The notes beneath the pieces are model-generated. The model saw only the letters and a list, made by a program, of their open reading frames with translations, searched no databases and was not told where the DNA came from. The position numbers and the translations under genes are program-made. A DNA stretch of 64,000 nt from Nitrososphaerota archaeon (lineage in GTDB: Archaea; Thermoproteota; Nitrososphaeria; Nitrososphaerales; Gagatemarchaeaceae), in NCBI GenBank assembly GCA_027887005.1, contig JAPCJI010000008.1, forward strand, positions 2,162 through 66,161, read 5' to 3'. This document shows positions 51,953-62,762 of this stretch, one piece after another. Each line of letters begins with the position of its first letter. Within the stretch, counting starts at the first letter, position 1.

Positions 51953-53462
51953 AGGCTCCCGAGTCCCCTTCTCCGATTAGCTTGCGGTACTTCGGCATGC
52001 GCTTCTCGCCGGCGAGCTCAGTCGAGAACTTCGCAATGAGCGGAAGGTACTTCCCGTAGATGTTCATCTTCCTCTGCACAGCCTCCATGCTTCCCTTCTT
52101 CGAGAGGAAGATGCCCAGCCTTCGAAGGGCCTCTCTCGCTGCGTTCTTGATTTCCCTCTCGATTTCAGGCCTGTCGGCGATGTACTCCTTTCCGACCGTC
52201 TTGTAGGGGATTCGGGTGCTACAGATGTGGGTGATGACCGCGACAGGCGCCTCCTGAGGCACGTGGTACCTCTTCCAGTCGACCCCCTCGTTGAGTACCT
52301 GGAAGCTGACGTCGCTGCTCTCGTCGTAGAGGAGTGGGATGCGGTTGGCGAACCGGAAGAGCCTCATGCCGGGCTGGAGGACCTTGCCGCCGTAGGCGAC
52401 CCCCACTTCGACAAGGAAGGGGAATCCGGAGTAGGAGGACGGGGGCCTCGTCACCACGGTCGAGAACTCGGGCTGCAGCTCTTTGTTGATCCCCGCCAGG
52501 AGGATCTCCTCGCCCACTGGGGAGAGGACTGCGGCGTCGGGCTGGAGGAAGTCCGGGAATCGCTGCAGGGCATCCACCAACGAGACCACCTGGAGGTTGT
52601 TGAGCCGCTTCGGAGGGAGCTTCAGACTGACGCCTGCAAACTCGAGGAACTTGGTCGCTATCTTCTCTCCGACCCGGTGGAAGTTCGTGACCATGAAGGA
52701 CTTCATGTCGTGTTCCTCGGAGAGCTTGACGATGCGCTTGAACGCTTCCACGTCTATCCCGTAGGGATGGGGGAGTGTCTCCATGGGAGCTGGGGGCATG
52801 GAGCTGGTCGCCCGCTCGTAGAAGGTTACCTGCCCAAGGGGGTCGACGAAGGTGATGTTCGCGTAGCTAGCTACGAGGGCAGTCTGCTTGAAGTAGTCGC
52901 CGATCTTCTGAGACGCCCTGAGGTAGTCGCCCTCGAGGGTGAGGTCGACTCGGGTGCCTGTCGTCCCGTTGGCGTCGGTCACGACCCGCTTCAGGACCAC
53001 CGGCCTGTTCTCGCCGATGTCGATCATCATCTGGAAAGCGTACTTCCGCTTGCCGTCAGGCGAGGTGGTGACCATGACAGGCTTGTTAGTGGTAATCTGG
53101 CCGTAGAGAATCGCCATGGTCCCGCCCAGACCGAACATGCCACGGGACTGGCGGAGGACGTACTTCGAGCCGTAGAAGACCTTGCCGAAGGCGCTGGGCA
53201 CGTGCTGGGGAGCGACCCCGGGGCCGTTGTCGATGACCGTGAGCCGGTAGGGCTTCGGGTCTGGGAAATCCGGGTTGGCGCTGTCGGAGATGATCCTGAC
53301 GTACACTTCGGGGGGCTTGCCGGCGAGTTCGCAGGCGTCCATGCTGTTCTCGACGATCTCGCGCACCGCCATGTAGAGGGCTCGGGCTGGGTTGGTGAAG
53401 CCCGCCAGGTCGCGATTTCTGTAGAAAAACTCGGATGGTGAAATCTCAGCGAAGCTTGCCAT
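51837..53462 (-). CDS. top6B: DNA topoisomerase VI subunit B
   Basis: GHKL ATPase motifs EIVENSMDA, DNGPGV and GMFGLGG, plus a transducer domain. Start set at MASFAEISPSEFF. Confidence 0.9.
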   Translation of the reverse strand: MASFAEISPSEFFYRNRDLAGFTNPARALYMAVREIVENSMDACELAGKPPEVYVRIISDSANPDFPDPKPYRLTVIDNGPGVAPQHVPSAFGKVFYGSKYVLRQSRGMFGLGGTMAILYGQITTNKPVMVTTSPDGKRKYAFQMMIDIGENRPVVLKRVVTDANGTTGTRVDLTLEGDYLRASQKIGDYFKQTALVASYANITFVDPLGQVTFYERATSSMPPAPMETLPHPYGIDVEAFKRIVKLSEEHDMKSFMVTNFHRVGEKIATKFLEFAGVSLKLPPKRLNNLQVVSLVDALQRFPDFLQPDAAVLSPVGEEILLAGINKELQPEFSTVVTRPPSSYSGFPFLVEVGVAYGGKVLQPGMRLFRFANRIPLLYDESSDVSFQVLNEGVDWKRYHVPQEAPVAVITHICSTRIPYKTVGKEYIADRPEIEREIKNAAREALRRLGIFLSKKGSMEAVQRKMNIYGKYLPLIAKFSTELAGEKRMPKYRKLIGEGDSGAYEEAEPQPAGEEMPSEAAPENTKETEIEQKKIDQYSGS

Positions 53463-53590
53463 CTGGCCTACCAAGCCCAAGCGGCGTAACTGCGCCGCTC
53501 CGAGTACACTGACACAATCAGACGTATTTCCGACAAATCTTCTTCCTTATGCTTACCGCTCCACCAGTATCGTTTTAAATCGGATATATG

Positions 53591-54187
53591 CTAATCCTCG
53601 AGTTTCCTCAGTTTCTCCGCCATGGTTTCAGGGGAGGTCCCTTCCCAGAGGAACATCCTCTCTAACTTGCGCTTCGACCTAACCTTCTGCAGCTCGTTGT
53701 AGACGGTCTTGTGCTGGCTCCCCGAGGCGAGCTTCCTGACCGCCTCTGATGCCAGCTGGACCTCGGTGGCCTCCCCGATTATCGCCACCGTCCGGCCGTA
53801 CACCGACAGATGGCACTGGGTGAGCTCCTCGATAACCCGGCGCGATTTCCCTTTCAGCCCGATGACCCTGCCTCTGATCCTGTCCAGGGAGTTCTCGGTC
53901 TTGCCGAAATCCCTCAGGTCAATAACCTCGAAGGCGGTCCCCTCCTGCAGGAGGCGCTTGGCCCGCTGGGGGGAGAAGCCGCGGCCGATGGCTTCGATGA
54001 CCCTGACGGCGACGAACGGGTCACCCTTTGGGGTCAGTTCTGACTTGATTGTCACGAGGCCTTCTCTGCTGTCCACCCCCAGCTTGACCCCGAGCTCCGC
54101 TTCAAGAGAGCGCTTGGTCGACCCCTCCTTCCCGATTACTGCGCCCACCCTCTCGGCGGGCACCCTGACGACCTGCTCGAAGCTCAT
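53591..54187 (-). CDS. two-KH-domain RNA-binding protein (aDim2/Pno1-like)
   Basis: VGAVIGKEGSTKRSLE and RVIGLKGKSRRVIEEL GXXG loops. ATGA overlap with rio1. Confidence 0.8.
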   Translation of the reverse strand: MSFEQVVRVPAERVGAVIGKEGSTKRSLEAELGVKLGVDSREGLVTIKSELTPKGDPFVAVRVIEAIGRGFSPQRAKRLLQEGTAFEVIDLRDFGKTENSLDRIRGRVIGLKGKSRRVIEELTQCHLSVYGRTVAIIGEATEVQLASEAVRKLASGSQHKTVYNELQKVRSKRKLERMFLWEGTSPETMAEKLRKLED

Positions 54188-54984
54188 CCTAGTATCTCCT
54201 CCATCCATGAATCCGCGTCCCTCTTGAAAATCCCGCGCTTCCTAAAGAACCTGACCATGTTGGAGACGTCTCGCCTCAGGTACTCTTCTGCCTGGGGGTG
54301 GGTAAGTAACACCGCTGAACCCATGTCGAAGAGGACCCTTTCTGCCCCTGACTTGAAGATGTTGAATTCGGAAAGGTCGGCGTGCACCAGCTTGGCCCCG
54401 CGGCGTAGTTTGGCGATGGTTTTGAAGGTCCAGTCGTAGTCCTCCTCGTCGACCTCCGATTCCGCGAAGTTCGGTGCGGGCTGGGGCGGGACGCCCACGT
54501 ACTCCATCACGATGATATTCTTGTGGAACGCCAGAGGACTGGGGACCCGGACTCCGGCAGACTCGGCGAGCTGGAGGTTCTTGAACTCCTTCCGGGTCCA
54601 CAGGTAGATGACGCTCCGGGTGTTAGAGGGGATGTTGGCGAACCTTCGGTCCCCCGCTATGTAGCCCAGACGTTTCCTGAAGTCGGATGAGGCCGTCAGG
54701 TAGATCTTCACAGCCACCGGCTCCCCCTCCGCGTCGACCCCATAGTACACCCGGGCCTCCTTTCCAGAGTTCACGACACCGTTGAGGTACCCCAGGTCCT
54801 TCCGGGCGACGAGGTCCTCGATGGCGAGCAGGGTCACCCGGTCGAAGACTTCCTCCATCACCTTGCGCTGGTTAGAATCCTTCCTCAGGTACCTGTTCTC
54901 GCGGTCGGAGCGGAGGAGCCTCGCCTTCATCCTCGGCGTTTCGTCTTCCTCTGAGATTGCGGGCGGGTCGTCTTCTTCGGCCAC
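54184..54984 (-). CDS. rio1: RIO-type serine/threonine protein kinase Rio1
   Basis: SGKEARVYYG, VAVKIY, LVHADLSEFNI and FDMGSAV. Confidence 0.85.
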   Translation of the reverse strand: MAEEDDPPAISEEDETPRMKARLLRSDRENRYLRKDSNQRKVMEEVFDRVTLLAIEDLVARKDLGYLNGVVNSGKEARVYYGVDAEGEPVAVKIYLTASSDFRKRLGYIAGDRRFANIPSNTRSVIYLWTRKEFKNLQLAESAGVRVPSPLAFHKNIIVMEYVGVPPQPAPNFAESEVDEEDYDWTFKTIAKLRRGAKLVHADLSEFNIFKSGAERVLFDMGSAVLLTHPQAEEYLRRDVSNMVRFFRKRGIFKRDADSWMEEILG

Positions 54985-55121
54985 GCGTCAACTGAGGAAG
55001 GTGGAGGACTTAAGAAATTCACTTGGCCCCCCGTAGAGTTCGGCTCTACATCGGAGTTTTCCTTAAATTGGAGAGGCTGTGTGCATGAACTCCTAGCATC
55101 CGTGGCTAGGGAAGTGCTCGA

Positions 55122-55673
55122 TTGTCAAACAGGAAAACGCCAGAGGACGAGGACCATGCAGGTCAGGCAGACGTAACCTCATCAGATGGACTAGTTGTCC
55201 AAGAAGGAAAGCAGGATGAGGAATTGCTTACCCGACTGAAGTACATGCAGGCGGACTTCGAGAATTACAGGAAGAGGACCGAGAAAGAGCTGAGGGACGT
55301 GGAGGAGGCGTCCGTGAGGAACCTTGTGGTCAGGCTGTTGAGCGTAGTCGACGAATTGGAGCTGGCGGTGGAGCACAGTGAAGGCGGGAGTGCGGGCAAT
55401 GAGCTGACGGAAGGCGTCGAGATGGTGCACAAGAACTTGGTATCCGCCTTGGAGTCGGTCGGCCTCAGGAGGATAGTGGCGGTTGGAAAGGTCTTCGACC
55501 CCGCATTGCACGAAGCGGTCGAGAAGACGAGGGGAAGGTCGGCTGGAGCGGACATAGTGGTTGAGGAGATAAGGCCCGGGTACACCTTCCGGGGGCAGGT
55601 CATAAGGCCGAGCATGGTAAAGGTTGAATTGGCCAAGAAGGCGGCCCAAGAGGAGGCGAAGGCGATTGAGTAG
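55122..55673 (+). CDS. grpE: nucleotide exchange factor GrpE
   Basis: [19 protein letters not shown] and FDPALHEAV motifs. TTG start. Confidence 0.85.
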   Translation: MSNRKTPEDEDHAGQADVTSSDGLVVQEGKQDEELLTRLKYMQADFENYRKRTEKELRDVEEASVRNLVVRLLSVVDELELAVEHSEGGSAGNELTEGVEMVHKNLVSALESVGLRRIVAVGKVFDPALHEAVEKTRGRSAGADIVVEEIRPGYTFRGQVIRPSMVKVELAKKAAQEEAKAIE

Positions 55674-57510
55674 CGCGAGAGAGAAGATAGTCGGGATCGA
55701 CCTGGGGACGACGAACTCCGCCGCGGCAGTTATCGAGGGTGGGAGGCCGGTCGTGATACCCAGCGCCGAGGGCGCGACTCCTTCAGGGAAGATGTTCCCT
55801 TCGGTGGTCGCGTTCACACAGGACGGGCAGCTCCTCGTCGGCGAGCCGGCGAAGCGCCAGGTGGTCACCAACCCAGAGGGGACGGTGTTCGAGATCAAGC
55901 GGAAGATGGGGACGGACTACAAGGTCAGAGCCTTCGGGAAGGAGTACTCCCCTGAGCAGGTTAGCTCGTACATCCTCCAGAAGATCAAGCACGACGCGGA
56001 CATCTTTCTCGGTTACCCCGTGAAGAAGGCGGTCATCACCGTGCCCGCTCACTTCAACGACAACCAGCGCCAGGCGACGAAGGATGCAGGGGAGATCGCC
56101 GGGCTGGAGGTGGTGAGGATCATCAACGAGCCGACAGCGGCCTCGCTGGCCTACGGGCTGGACAAGTCCGAGAAGGAGATGAAGATACTCGTCTTCAGCT
56201 TCGGGGGAGGCACCCACGACGCCACGATCATGGAGTTCGGGGGCGGGGTCTTCCAGGTTATCGCCACCTCGGGGGACACCCAGACGGGAGGGGCCGACGT
56301 CGACAACGCGGTGATCGAGGTGCTCCTTCAGGACTTCCGGTCGAAGACGGGGATAGACCTCAGGAACGACAGGACGGCCATGGCCCGGCTGAAGGAGGCG
56401 GCTGAGAAGGCGAAGATAGAGCTATCGAACCTCACTTCCACGGACGTCGACCTGCCCTTCATCGCCTCGGACCAGTCGGGGCCGAAGAACCTGCACTTCA
56501 CACTCACCAGGACAAGGCTTGAGGAGGTCGCGAGGCCCATCGTCAGCAAGACCGAGGACACAATCAGGAGGGTGATGAATGAGGGGAAGCTCTCCCAGAC
56601 CCAGATAGACAAGGTCATACTGATCGGAGGGATGACGAGGATGCCGCTGGTCAGGAAATTCGTGGAGGACGTAGCGGGCAAGCCTGCCGAGAGGGGAGTC
56701 GACCCCATGGAGGCGGTGGCGATAGGGGCGGCCATCCAGGGAGCCGTCCTCGCTGGAGAGATCAAGGACATACTCCTGCTTGACGTCACGCCCCTTTCGA
56801 TGGGGGTGGAGACCCTGGGGGGCATCACCGAGCATCTTATCGAGAAGAACGCGACCATCCCGACGAAGAGGAGCAAGACCTTCACTACGGCGGCGGACTT
56901 CCAGACTGCGGTCACCATTCATGTCGTCCAGGGGGAGAGGTCGATGGCGGCTGACAACGTATCGCTGGGGATGTTCAACCTGACGGGCATCCCTCCTTCT
57001 CCGAGGGGAGTCCCCCAAATCGAAGTGACGTTCGATATCGACGCCAACGGAATACTCACCGTGGGGGCCAAGGACCTAGGGACGGGCAAGGAGAACAAGA
57101 TCACCATCACGGCATCCACAAAACTCTCCAAGGAGGAGAAGGAGAGACTCGTCAGGGACGCGGAGTCGTACTCCGAGCAGGACAAGAAGAAGAGAGAGGA
57201 AGCCGAGCTGAGGAACGAGGCTGACTCCATCCTCTACACCACCGAGAAGACGAAGCGTGACGTGGAGGGAAAGGTCGACAAGGCGAGCCTGGATAGGGTG
57301 GACGCCGCCGCCCAGGAGCTGAGGAAGGCCCTGGAGGGGAAGGACGTGGCAGTCATCAGGGAGAAGAACGAGGCGCTCAAGAGGGTTCTGCAGGAAGTGG
57401 GGGCCTCGGTCTATCAGCAGGCGCAGAAGCAGGCTGCTCCTGAGGGAGGAGCTCCAGGAGGCCCTAACGTGAGCGACGCGGACTACAAGGTAGTGGACGA
57501 AGGGAAGTAG
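55666..57510 (+). CDS. dnaK: molecular chaperone DnaK (Hsp70)
   Basis: [31 protein letters not shown] and [11 protein letters not shown]. The TTG start overlaps the grpE stop. Confidence 0.95.
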   Translation: MSSAREKIVGIDLGTTNSAAAVIEGGRPVVIPSAEGATPSGKMFPSVVAFTQDGQLLVGEPAKRQVVTNPEGTVFEIKRKMGTDYKVRAFGKEYSPEQVSSYILQKIKHDADIFLGYPVKKAVITVPAHFNDNQRQATKDAGEIAGLEVVRIINEPTAASLAYGLDKSEKEMKILVFSFGGGTHDATIMEFGGGVFQVIATSGDTQTGGADVDNAVIEVLLQDFRSKTGIDLRNDRTAMARLKEAAEKAKIELSNLTSTDVDLPFIASDQSGPKNLHFTLTRTRLEEVARPIVSKTEDTIRRVMNEGKLSQTQIDKVILIGGMTRMPLVRKFVEDVAGKPAERGVDPMEAVAIGAAIQGAVLAGEIKDILLLDVTPLSMGVETLGGITEHLIEKNATIPTKRSKTFTTAADFQTAVTIHVVQGERSMAADNVSLGMFNLTGIPPSPRGVPQIEVTFDIDANGILTVGAKDLGTGKENKITITASTKLSKEEKERLVRDAESYSEQDKKKREEAELRNEADSILYTTEKTKRDVEGKVDKASLDRVDAAAQELRKALEGKDVAVIREKNEALKRVLQEVGASVYQQAQKQAAPEGGAPGGPNVSDADYKVVDEGK

Positions 57511-57522
57511 GGGCTAGGCTGG

Positions 57523-58596
57523 ATGGCGGCAAAGGACTACTACGAGGTACTCGGCGTCACGAAGGGTGCCCCCAAGGACCAGATCAAGAACGCCTACAGA
57601 AAGCTGGCCCTGCAGTTCCATCCTGACAGGAACAAGTCGCCGGAGGCGGAGGCTCGTTTCAAGGAGATATCCGAGGCCTACGCCGTACTGTCGGACGACG
57701 AGAAGAGGAAGCAGTACGACTCTTACGGACGGGAGGGGGTCTATCAGAGGTACAGCCAGGAGGACATATTCAGGGGGGTGAACTTCGGGGAGTTCTTCCG
57801 GGGCGCAGGGTTCGGTGGCTTCGACGACATCTTCGCCCAGTTCTTCGGGGGAGGACAGGACCAAAGGGTGAGCGGGGGCGAGGACCTGACCTACCACCTG
57901 CAGGTCGGCCTGGAGGAGCTGGTGGAAGATTCCACCCGGGAGATCGAGGTGCCCAGGAGCGAGGTCTGCTCCAACTGCAACGGCAGCGGGGCCAGGCCGG
58001 GGACCTCTCCCCAGACCTGCAACGTCTGCGGTGGGACGGGCCAGGTCCAGAAGGTACAGTCGGCTGGTTTCGCGAGGCTGGTGAGGATAACGGCCTGCAG
58101 CAGGTGCGGAGGACGGGGGTACATCGTCGAGTCTCCCTGCAAGGAGTGCAGAGGGAAGGGGACGGTCCAGAAGACAAGGAAAATACGGGTGATGATTCCG
58201 GCCGGAGTAGAGGACGGGCATACGCTACGACTTCGGGGTGAGGGCAGCGCCGGGGAGAACGGAGTGCCTCCGGGGGACCTTTACGTCGTCGTGAACGTGG
58301 CGCCCCACAGGCTCTTCGCGCGGCGCGAGGGCGACGTCTTCATGGAGACAAAGGTCGGGATCGCAGAGGCGGCCCTGGGGACCGAGGTAGTGGTGCCGAC
58401 GTTGTACGGAGACGTGAAGTTGAGCGTCCCTCAGGGGACCCAGCCCGGGGCGGTCTTCAAGGTAAAGGGCAAGGGACTGCCGAAGTATGGCGGCTGGGGG
58501 AAGGGGGACGAGTACGTCAAGGTCGGAGTCGAGGTGCCGAGGAACCTAAGCGGCGCCCAGAAGGATCTCCTGAAGAAGTTCAGCGAAGCGAACTAG
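57523..58596 (+). CDS. dnaJ: co-chaperone DnaJ
   Basis: J-domain with HPD (QFHPDRN), a G/F region and four CxxCxGxG zinc motifs. Confidence 0.95.
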   Translation: MAAKDYYEVLGVTKGAPKDQIKNAYRKLALQFHPDRNKSPEAEARFKEISEAYAVLSDDEKRKQYDSYGREGVYQRYSQEDIFRGVNFGEFFRGAGFGGFDDIFAQFFGGGQDQRVSGGEDLTYHLQVGLEELVEDSTREIEVPRSEVCSNCNGSGARPGTSPQTCNVCGGTGQVQKVQSAGFARLVRITACSRCGGRGYIVESPCKECRGKGTVQKTRKIRVMIPAGVEDGHTLRLRGEGSAGENGVPPGDLYVVVNVAPHRLFARREGDVFMETKVGIAEAALGTEVVVPTLYGDVKLSVPQGTQPGAVFKVKGKGLPKYGGWGKGDEYVKVGVEVPRNLSGAQKDLLKKFSEAN

Positions 58597-58913
58597 CCGG
58601 CGAACTTGTAGATCATGAGGAAAGGAACCTCCTCGATCTCGCGGATCGCTTCGGGAGCGCCGACTTCGTTGTCCACGGCCAGGGACACGGACCTGGCGCC
58701 GGCAAGGTTCACGATGGAGCAGGTCCTTATCAGCCTGAGCGCCTCTCCCCTGTCGACCACCTCGCCCGAGTAGAACTCCTTCGACAGGTGGACCTCCAGC
58801 TTTCCCTCCTTGACCTTCCTCCCGACCAGCTCTTCGTCGCAGATGTTGACCAGGACCGTGCCCCTGAACTCTGCGGTCTTGACCGCAAAACCTCGGCCGG
58901 GCATGCTATGCAA
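58593..58913 (-). CDS. DUF424-family protein
   Basis: [30 protein letters not shown] fits the DUF424 pattern. An alternative ATG lies at 58904. Confidence 0.55.
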   Translation of the reverse strand: MHSMPGRGFAVKTAEFRGTVLVNICDEELVGRKVKEGKLEVHLSKEFYSGEVVDRGEALRLIRTCSIVNLAGARSVSLAVDNEVGAPEAIREIEEVPFLMIYKFAG

Positions 58914-59322
58914 CCTTTGCTACCGAACGGGCTCCGCAGGCCTCGCAGACCATGAACCACATCCTCTTGTCCTTCTCGAGGTGGGTGTCGGGGCTCCCGC
59001 ATACGGGGCATATCACCCCGTCCTTCACGTACCTCTGGAGCAGCTGGGAGAAAGAGTCCCTGTCCTTCCGGCCTATGAATATCGCACGCTCGCCGTCGAG
59101 GGAGGCGGCGGTAGCCAGCTCCTTGGCGAGGTACATCAGCACCCTGGGGGAGTCCCGCCTGAGCAGCTTCGGGAACTCGGCGTAGTTGCGGAATATCGTC
59201 TTGTTTCCGACCCAGATGACGTCCGGTTCAGGGAGCTCGAGACGGAGGGCGCCCGATTTCTTGGCGTCCTTGTCGAGGCCCGACCTTGCCCTTGAAAGCA
59301 GCTCGTCGTAGGAATGAGGCAT
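58906..59322 (-). CDS. eif2b: translation initiation factor aIF2 subunit beta
   Basis: MPHSYDELLSRA N-terminus, central domain, and C-terminal zinc ribbon CPVCGSPDT...CEACGA. Confidence 0.85.
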   Translation of the reverse strand: MPHSYDELLSRARSGLDKDAKKSGALRLELPEPDVIWVGNKTIFRNYAEFPKLLRRDSPRVLMYLAKELATAASLDGERAIFIGRKDRDSFSQLLQRYVKDGVICPVCGSPDTHLEKDKRMWFMVCEACGARSVAKVA

Positions 59323-59419
59323 CGGGCGATTCCTCCCTCTTGGGTATTTCAACTCTTCTCGGATAGGAGGGGGCTACGTCCGCTCAAAAGATTAAATCGC
59401 AAAGGGCCAAGGGCGACCC

Positions 59420-60226
59420 GTGAAGCCGAGGGCGGAAATCGGCGTCTTTGGCGGCTCAGGTTTCTACAGCTTCCTCAAGAACTCGAGAGAGGTCACGGTC
59501 AGCACTCCCTATGGGAGGCCCAGCGGCAGAGTCAACCTCTTGACGTTGGAGGGGAGGGAAGTTGCGTTCCTTCCGAGGCACGGTGTACGCCACCAGTATC
59601 CACCCCACAAGGTGCCCTACCGGGCGAACGTGCGGGCCTTCAAGCAGCTGGGCGTGTCGCGCATAGTCGCGCCGAACGCGGTGGGGAGCCTGAAGCCTGA
59701 GATCGAGCCTGGGGATCTTGTGATCTGCGACCAGTTCGTGAACTTCACGGCCGGGAGGGAGGAGACGTTCTTCGACGGGCCCGAGACGACCCATGTGAGC
59801 ACGGCCGAGCCATACTGCCCCCAGATGAGGCAGGTCGCAGCGGATGCGGCGAAACGGCTGGGGATGAGGGTCAGGGGGACCGGCACTGTGGTTGTCATCC
59901 AGGGTCCGAGGTTCTCCACCAAGGCCGAGAGCAGGTTCTTCAGGAGCCAGGGGTGGGACGTCATCAACATGACCCAGTACCCGGAGGTGGTGCTGGCCAG
60001 AGAGCAGGAGATCTGCTACCTCAACATCTCGCTGGCCACCGACTATGACTCTGGGCTGGAGGGCGACCCCAGGGTGAAGCCGGTCTCCCACGAAGGGGTG
60101 ATCAAGGTGTTCAACAGGAACATGGGGCGGCTTCGTGAGCTCATCGTAGAGATTGTGAAGGAGCTGCCACGGAAGCGCAGCTGCGAGTGCGGTTCGGCGC
60201 TGGAGCACGCGAGGTTGAGCGCCTGA
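59420..60226 (+). CDS. mtnP: S-methyl-5'-thioadenosine phosphorylase
   Basis: IGVFGGSGFY, FLPRHG..H..PPHKVPYRAN, AVGSL and NMTQYPE. There is a C-terminal CxC (SCECGS). GTG start. Confidence 0.85.
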   Translation: MKPRAEIGVFGGSGFYSFLKNSREVTVSTPYGRPSGRVNLLTLEGREVAFLPRHGVRHQYPPHKVPYRANVRAFKQLGVSRIVAPNAVGSLKPEIEPGDLVICDQFVNFTAGREETFFDGPETTHVSTAEPYCPQMRQVAADAAKRLGMRVRGTGTVVVIQGPRFSTKAESRFFRSQGWDVINMTQYPEVVLAREQEICYLNISLATDYDSGLEGDPRVKPVSHEGVIKVFNRNMGRLRELIVEIVKELPRKRSCECGSALEHARLSA

Positions 60227-60762
60227 TGGACAGGCTCGAGAAGGACATCAAGAAGGCGATCAGGACTGTCCCTGACTACCCGAAGAAGGGAATCCCGTTC
60301 AAAGACCTCACGACCCTGTGGAAGGACGGGAAGCTGTCTCGCAGGGTGACCAGGGAGCTTGAAGCGAGGTGGAAGGGGAAGAAGCTGGACAAGGTGGTCG
60401 GGATCGAGGCAAGGGGGTTCATAGTCGGAGCTCCGCTCGCGGACAGGCTGGGGGTCGGGTTCGTCCCTGCGAGGAAAGTGGGAAAGCTGCCGGCAAAGAA
60501 GCTGAGCCAGAACTATGAGCTCGAGTACGGCAGACAGGGGTTGGAGATCCACGCGGATTCGATTTCGATGGGGGAGGGGGTGGTCTTGGTGGACGACCTG
60601 CTCGCGACGGGGGGGACTTCGAGGGCCGCAGGGAGCCTGGTGGAGAAGCTGGGGGGGGAGGTCGTGGGTTTCGCTTTCGTCACGGAGCTTGCCTATCTGA
60701 AAGGAAGGGACAAGCTCGCCGGGTACAAGGTTGATTCGCTGGCAAAGTATGACTCGGAATAG
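60226..60762 (+). CDS. apt: adenine phosphoribosyltransferase
   Basis: YPKKGIPFKDLTTL, and VVLVDDLLATGGT as the PRPP loop. Its ATG overlaps the mtnP stop (TGATG). Confidence 0.9.
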   Translation: MDRLEKDIKKAIRTVPDYPKKGIPFKDLTTLWKDGKLSRRVTRELEARWKGKKLDKVVGIEARGFIVGAPLADRLGVGFVPARKVGKLPAKKLSQNYELEYGRQGLEIHADSISMGEGVVLVDDLLATGGTSRAAGSLVEKLGGEVVGFAFVTELAYLKGRDKLAGYKVDSLAKYDSE

Positions 60763-61486
60763 CAGGTTCGGAGTAATCACCGGCACCGGCGTCACGGAGC
60801 ATTTCGGAGTCTCGGTGCCGGAGAAAGTGGAGACAAAGTACGGTTCTGCCCAGGTCTACCGGTCGGGGGAAGGGGGGTACTACTTCCTTCCGCGCCACGG
60901 GCCTGGGCATACGGTCCCTCCGCACATGATAAACTACCGGGCCAACCTGGCAGCCCTGGAGAAGCTCGGGGTGAGGAAGGTGATCGCGACGAGCGCTGTG
61001 GGGTCGATGAAACCCGGCTTCGGGGTGGGAAGGATCGGGCTCGTGGACCAGTTCCTTGACTTCACGAAACGAAGGAACGAGACGTTCTTCTCCGAGGAGG
61101 TGACACACACCGACATGACCAATCCGTACAGTTCGGGGCTGAACCGGGCCCTCGGTCGGGCGGGGGACGACTTCGGAGTGAGGCTCAGCAGGGGGCTGGT
61201 GTACGTCTGCGCCGAGGGGCCGAGGTTCGAGACAGCGGCCGAGATCAGGATGTACAGGAAGCTCGGGGGGGACGTGGTGGGCATGACGGGGGTCCCGGAG
61301 GTGGTGCTCGCCAACGAGAAGGACATGGAATATGCGTCGGTGGTCATCGCGACGAATTGGGCAGCCGGGATACAGAAGAAAGTGAGCCATGAGGAAGTCG
61401 TGAAGGTGATGAAGAAGACGGGGATGGTGGTCAAGGAGCTCATAGACGCAACGATAAAGCGCCTCGAATCAGGGGGTTCGGACTGA
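60749..61486 (+). CDS. second MTAP / purine nucleoside phosphorylase family paralogue
   Basis: GVITGTG, FLPRHGPGHTVPPHMINYRAN, AVGSM and GMTGVPE. The start lies inside the last 14 nt of apt. Confidence 0.8.
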   Translation: MTRNSRFGVITGTGVTEHFGVSVPEKVETKYGSAQVYRSGEGGYYFLPRHGPGHTVPPHMINYRANLAALEKLGVRKVIATSAVGSMKPGFGVGRIGLVDQFLDFTKRRNETFFSEEVTHTDMTNPYSSGLNRALGRAGDDFGVRLSRGLVYVCAEGPRFETAAEIRMYRKLGGDVVGMTGVPEVVLANEKDMEYASVVIATNWAAGIQKKVSHEEVVKVMKKTGMVVKELIDATIKRLESGGSD

Positions 61487-61487
61487 C

Positions 61488-62720
61488 ATGACAAAGGTGG
61501 CGGACCAGGGGCTGAGCACGGTAGGGGAGGAGAACTTTCTGTGGGCCAAGGCCCACATGGGGGCCCTCACCACGCTTGCTTCGAAGTACTCTCGGAAACG
61601 CCCCCTGGAGGGGGTGAAGCTGGGGGTGTGCCTCCACGTGACCAAGGAGACGTCGGTGCTGATAGACGTGCTGCTGCAGGCCGGAGCAGAGGTCAAGCTG
61701 GCGGCGGCGAATCCTCTGTCGACTCAGGACGACATCGCGGCATACCTTTCGACCAGGACGGACGTCTGGGCCTGGAGGGGGGAGACCGTCAGGGAGTACG
61801 ACTGGGCGCTCAAACAAGTCCTGGCCGCAGGCCCCGAGCAGTTAATCGACGACGGAGCCGACCTGCACGTGGCGGCATTGGGGTCGCGCCCCAAGGGGAT
61901 CGTGGGAGGGTCGGAGGAGACGACGACGGGGGTGATGAGGCTCAGGGCGCTGGAGGCGCAGGGGAAGCTCGCCTATCCTGTCATAGCGGTCAACAACGCC
62001 CAGACCAAGTTCCTGTTCGACAACAGGTACGGCACCGGGCAGAGCACCCTGGACGGCATAATGCGGGCGACTGCGCTGCTCCTCGCGGGGATGAGCGTGG
62101 TCGTCGTGGGCTACGGCTGGGTGGGCAAGGGGGTCGCCATGAGGGCGAAGGGCATGGGCGCCAGGGTGACCGTGGTGGAGATTGATCCAATAAGGGCGAT
62201 TGAAGCGCACCTGGACGGCTTCGAGGTCTCGGACATCACCAAAGCTGCGGCAGGGGGCGAGCTCTTCATCACAGCTACCGGCCAGAAGAACGTAGTTCCC
62301 TACGAGGCCATAGCAAAGATGAAGGAGGGCGTGATTCTCGCCAATGCAGGGCACTTCGACGTGGAGATAGACGTGAAGACCCTCCTTTCGAAGAGCACCA
62401 GTGTGAAGGCAGTCAGGACCCATGTGGATGAGGTGACGCTCCCAGGCGGGAAGAAGGTGTACCTGGTGGGGAAGGGAAGGATAGCGAACCTGGTGGCGGC
62501 CGAGGGGCACCCGCCGGAGGTCATGCAGATGTCCTTCGCCAACCAGTTCATGGCGGCCTTGCACCTACACGACAACCATTCGCAGTTGGAGAAGAAGGTC
62601 TACGGAGTCTCGCCAGAGGCCGAGGACGAGATCGCGAGGGCTGCGCTGAAGTCCATGGGGGTCTCGATAGGGACGCAGACGGAGGAGCAGAAAGAATATG
62701 CGAAGAGCTGGGAGCTCTAG
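61488..62720 (+). CDS. ahcY: adenosylhomocysteinase
   Basis: 410 aa with HVTKETSVL, EETTTGV, FDNRYGTGQS, VVGYGWVGKG and GHFDVEI. Confidence 0.95.
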   Translation: MTKVADQGLSTVGEENFLWAKAHMGALTTLASKYSRKRPLEGVKLGVCLHVTKETSVLIDVLLQAGAEVKLAAANPLSTQDDIAAYLSTRTDVWAWRGETVREYDWALKQVLAAGPEQLIDDGADLHVAALGSRPKGIVGGSEETTTGVMRLRALEAQGKLAYPVIAVNNAQTKFLFDNRYGTGQSTLDGIMRATALLLAGMSVVVVGYGWVGKGVAMRAKGMGARVTVVEIDPIRAIEAHLDGFEVSDITKAAAGGELFITATGQKNVVPYEAIAKMKEGVILANAGHFDVEIDVKTLLSKSTSVKAVRTHVDEVTLPGGKKVYLVGKGRIANLVAAEGHPPEVMQMSFANQFMAALHLHDNHSQLEKKVYGVSPEAEDEIARAALKSMGVSIGTQTEEQKEYAKSWEL

Positions 62721-62762
62721 AGCTCGGAAAGGTTAAAACCGCGCGGTCGGCCGTTTCACTCG

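Noticed and set aside
51236-53441. Plus-strand ORFs 51236..52039 and 52227..53441
   Set aside because: They are antisense to top6A and top6B and have shadow-ORF composition.
53480-53499. Perfect 7-bp hairpin agcggcg-taactg-cgccgct just upstream of the top6B start
   Set aside because: No adjacent T-run (terminator) or recognisable regulatory motif is present. I cannot tell whether it is a 5'-UTR structure or chance.
55191-62564. Various long antisense ORFs: 55191..55898, 56328..57018, 57514..58221, 59456..60208, 60043..60795, 60680..61390 and 61842..62564
   Set aside because: Each lies opposite a gene with strong family motifs (grpE, dnaK, dnaJ, mtnP, apt, the PNP paralogue, ahcY). None shows a motif of its own.
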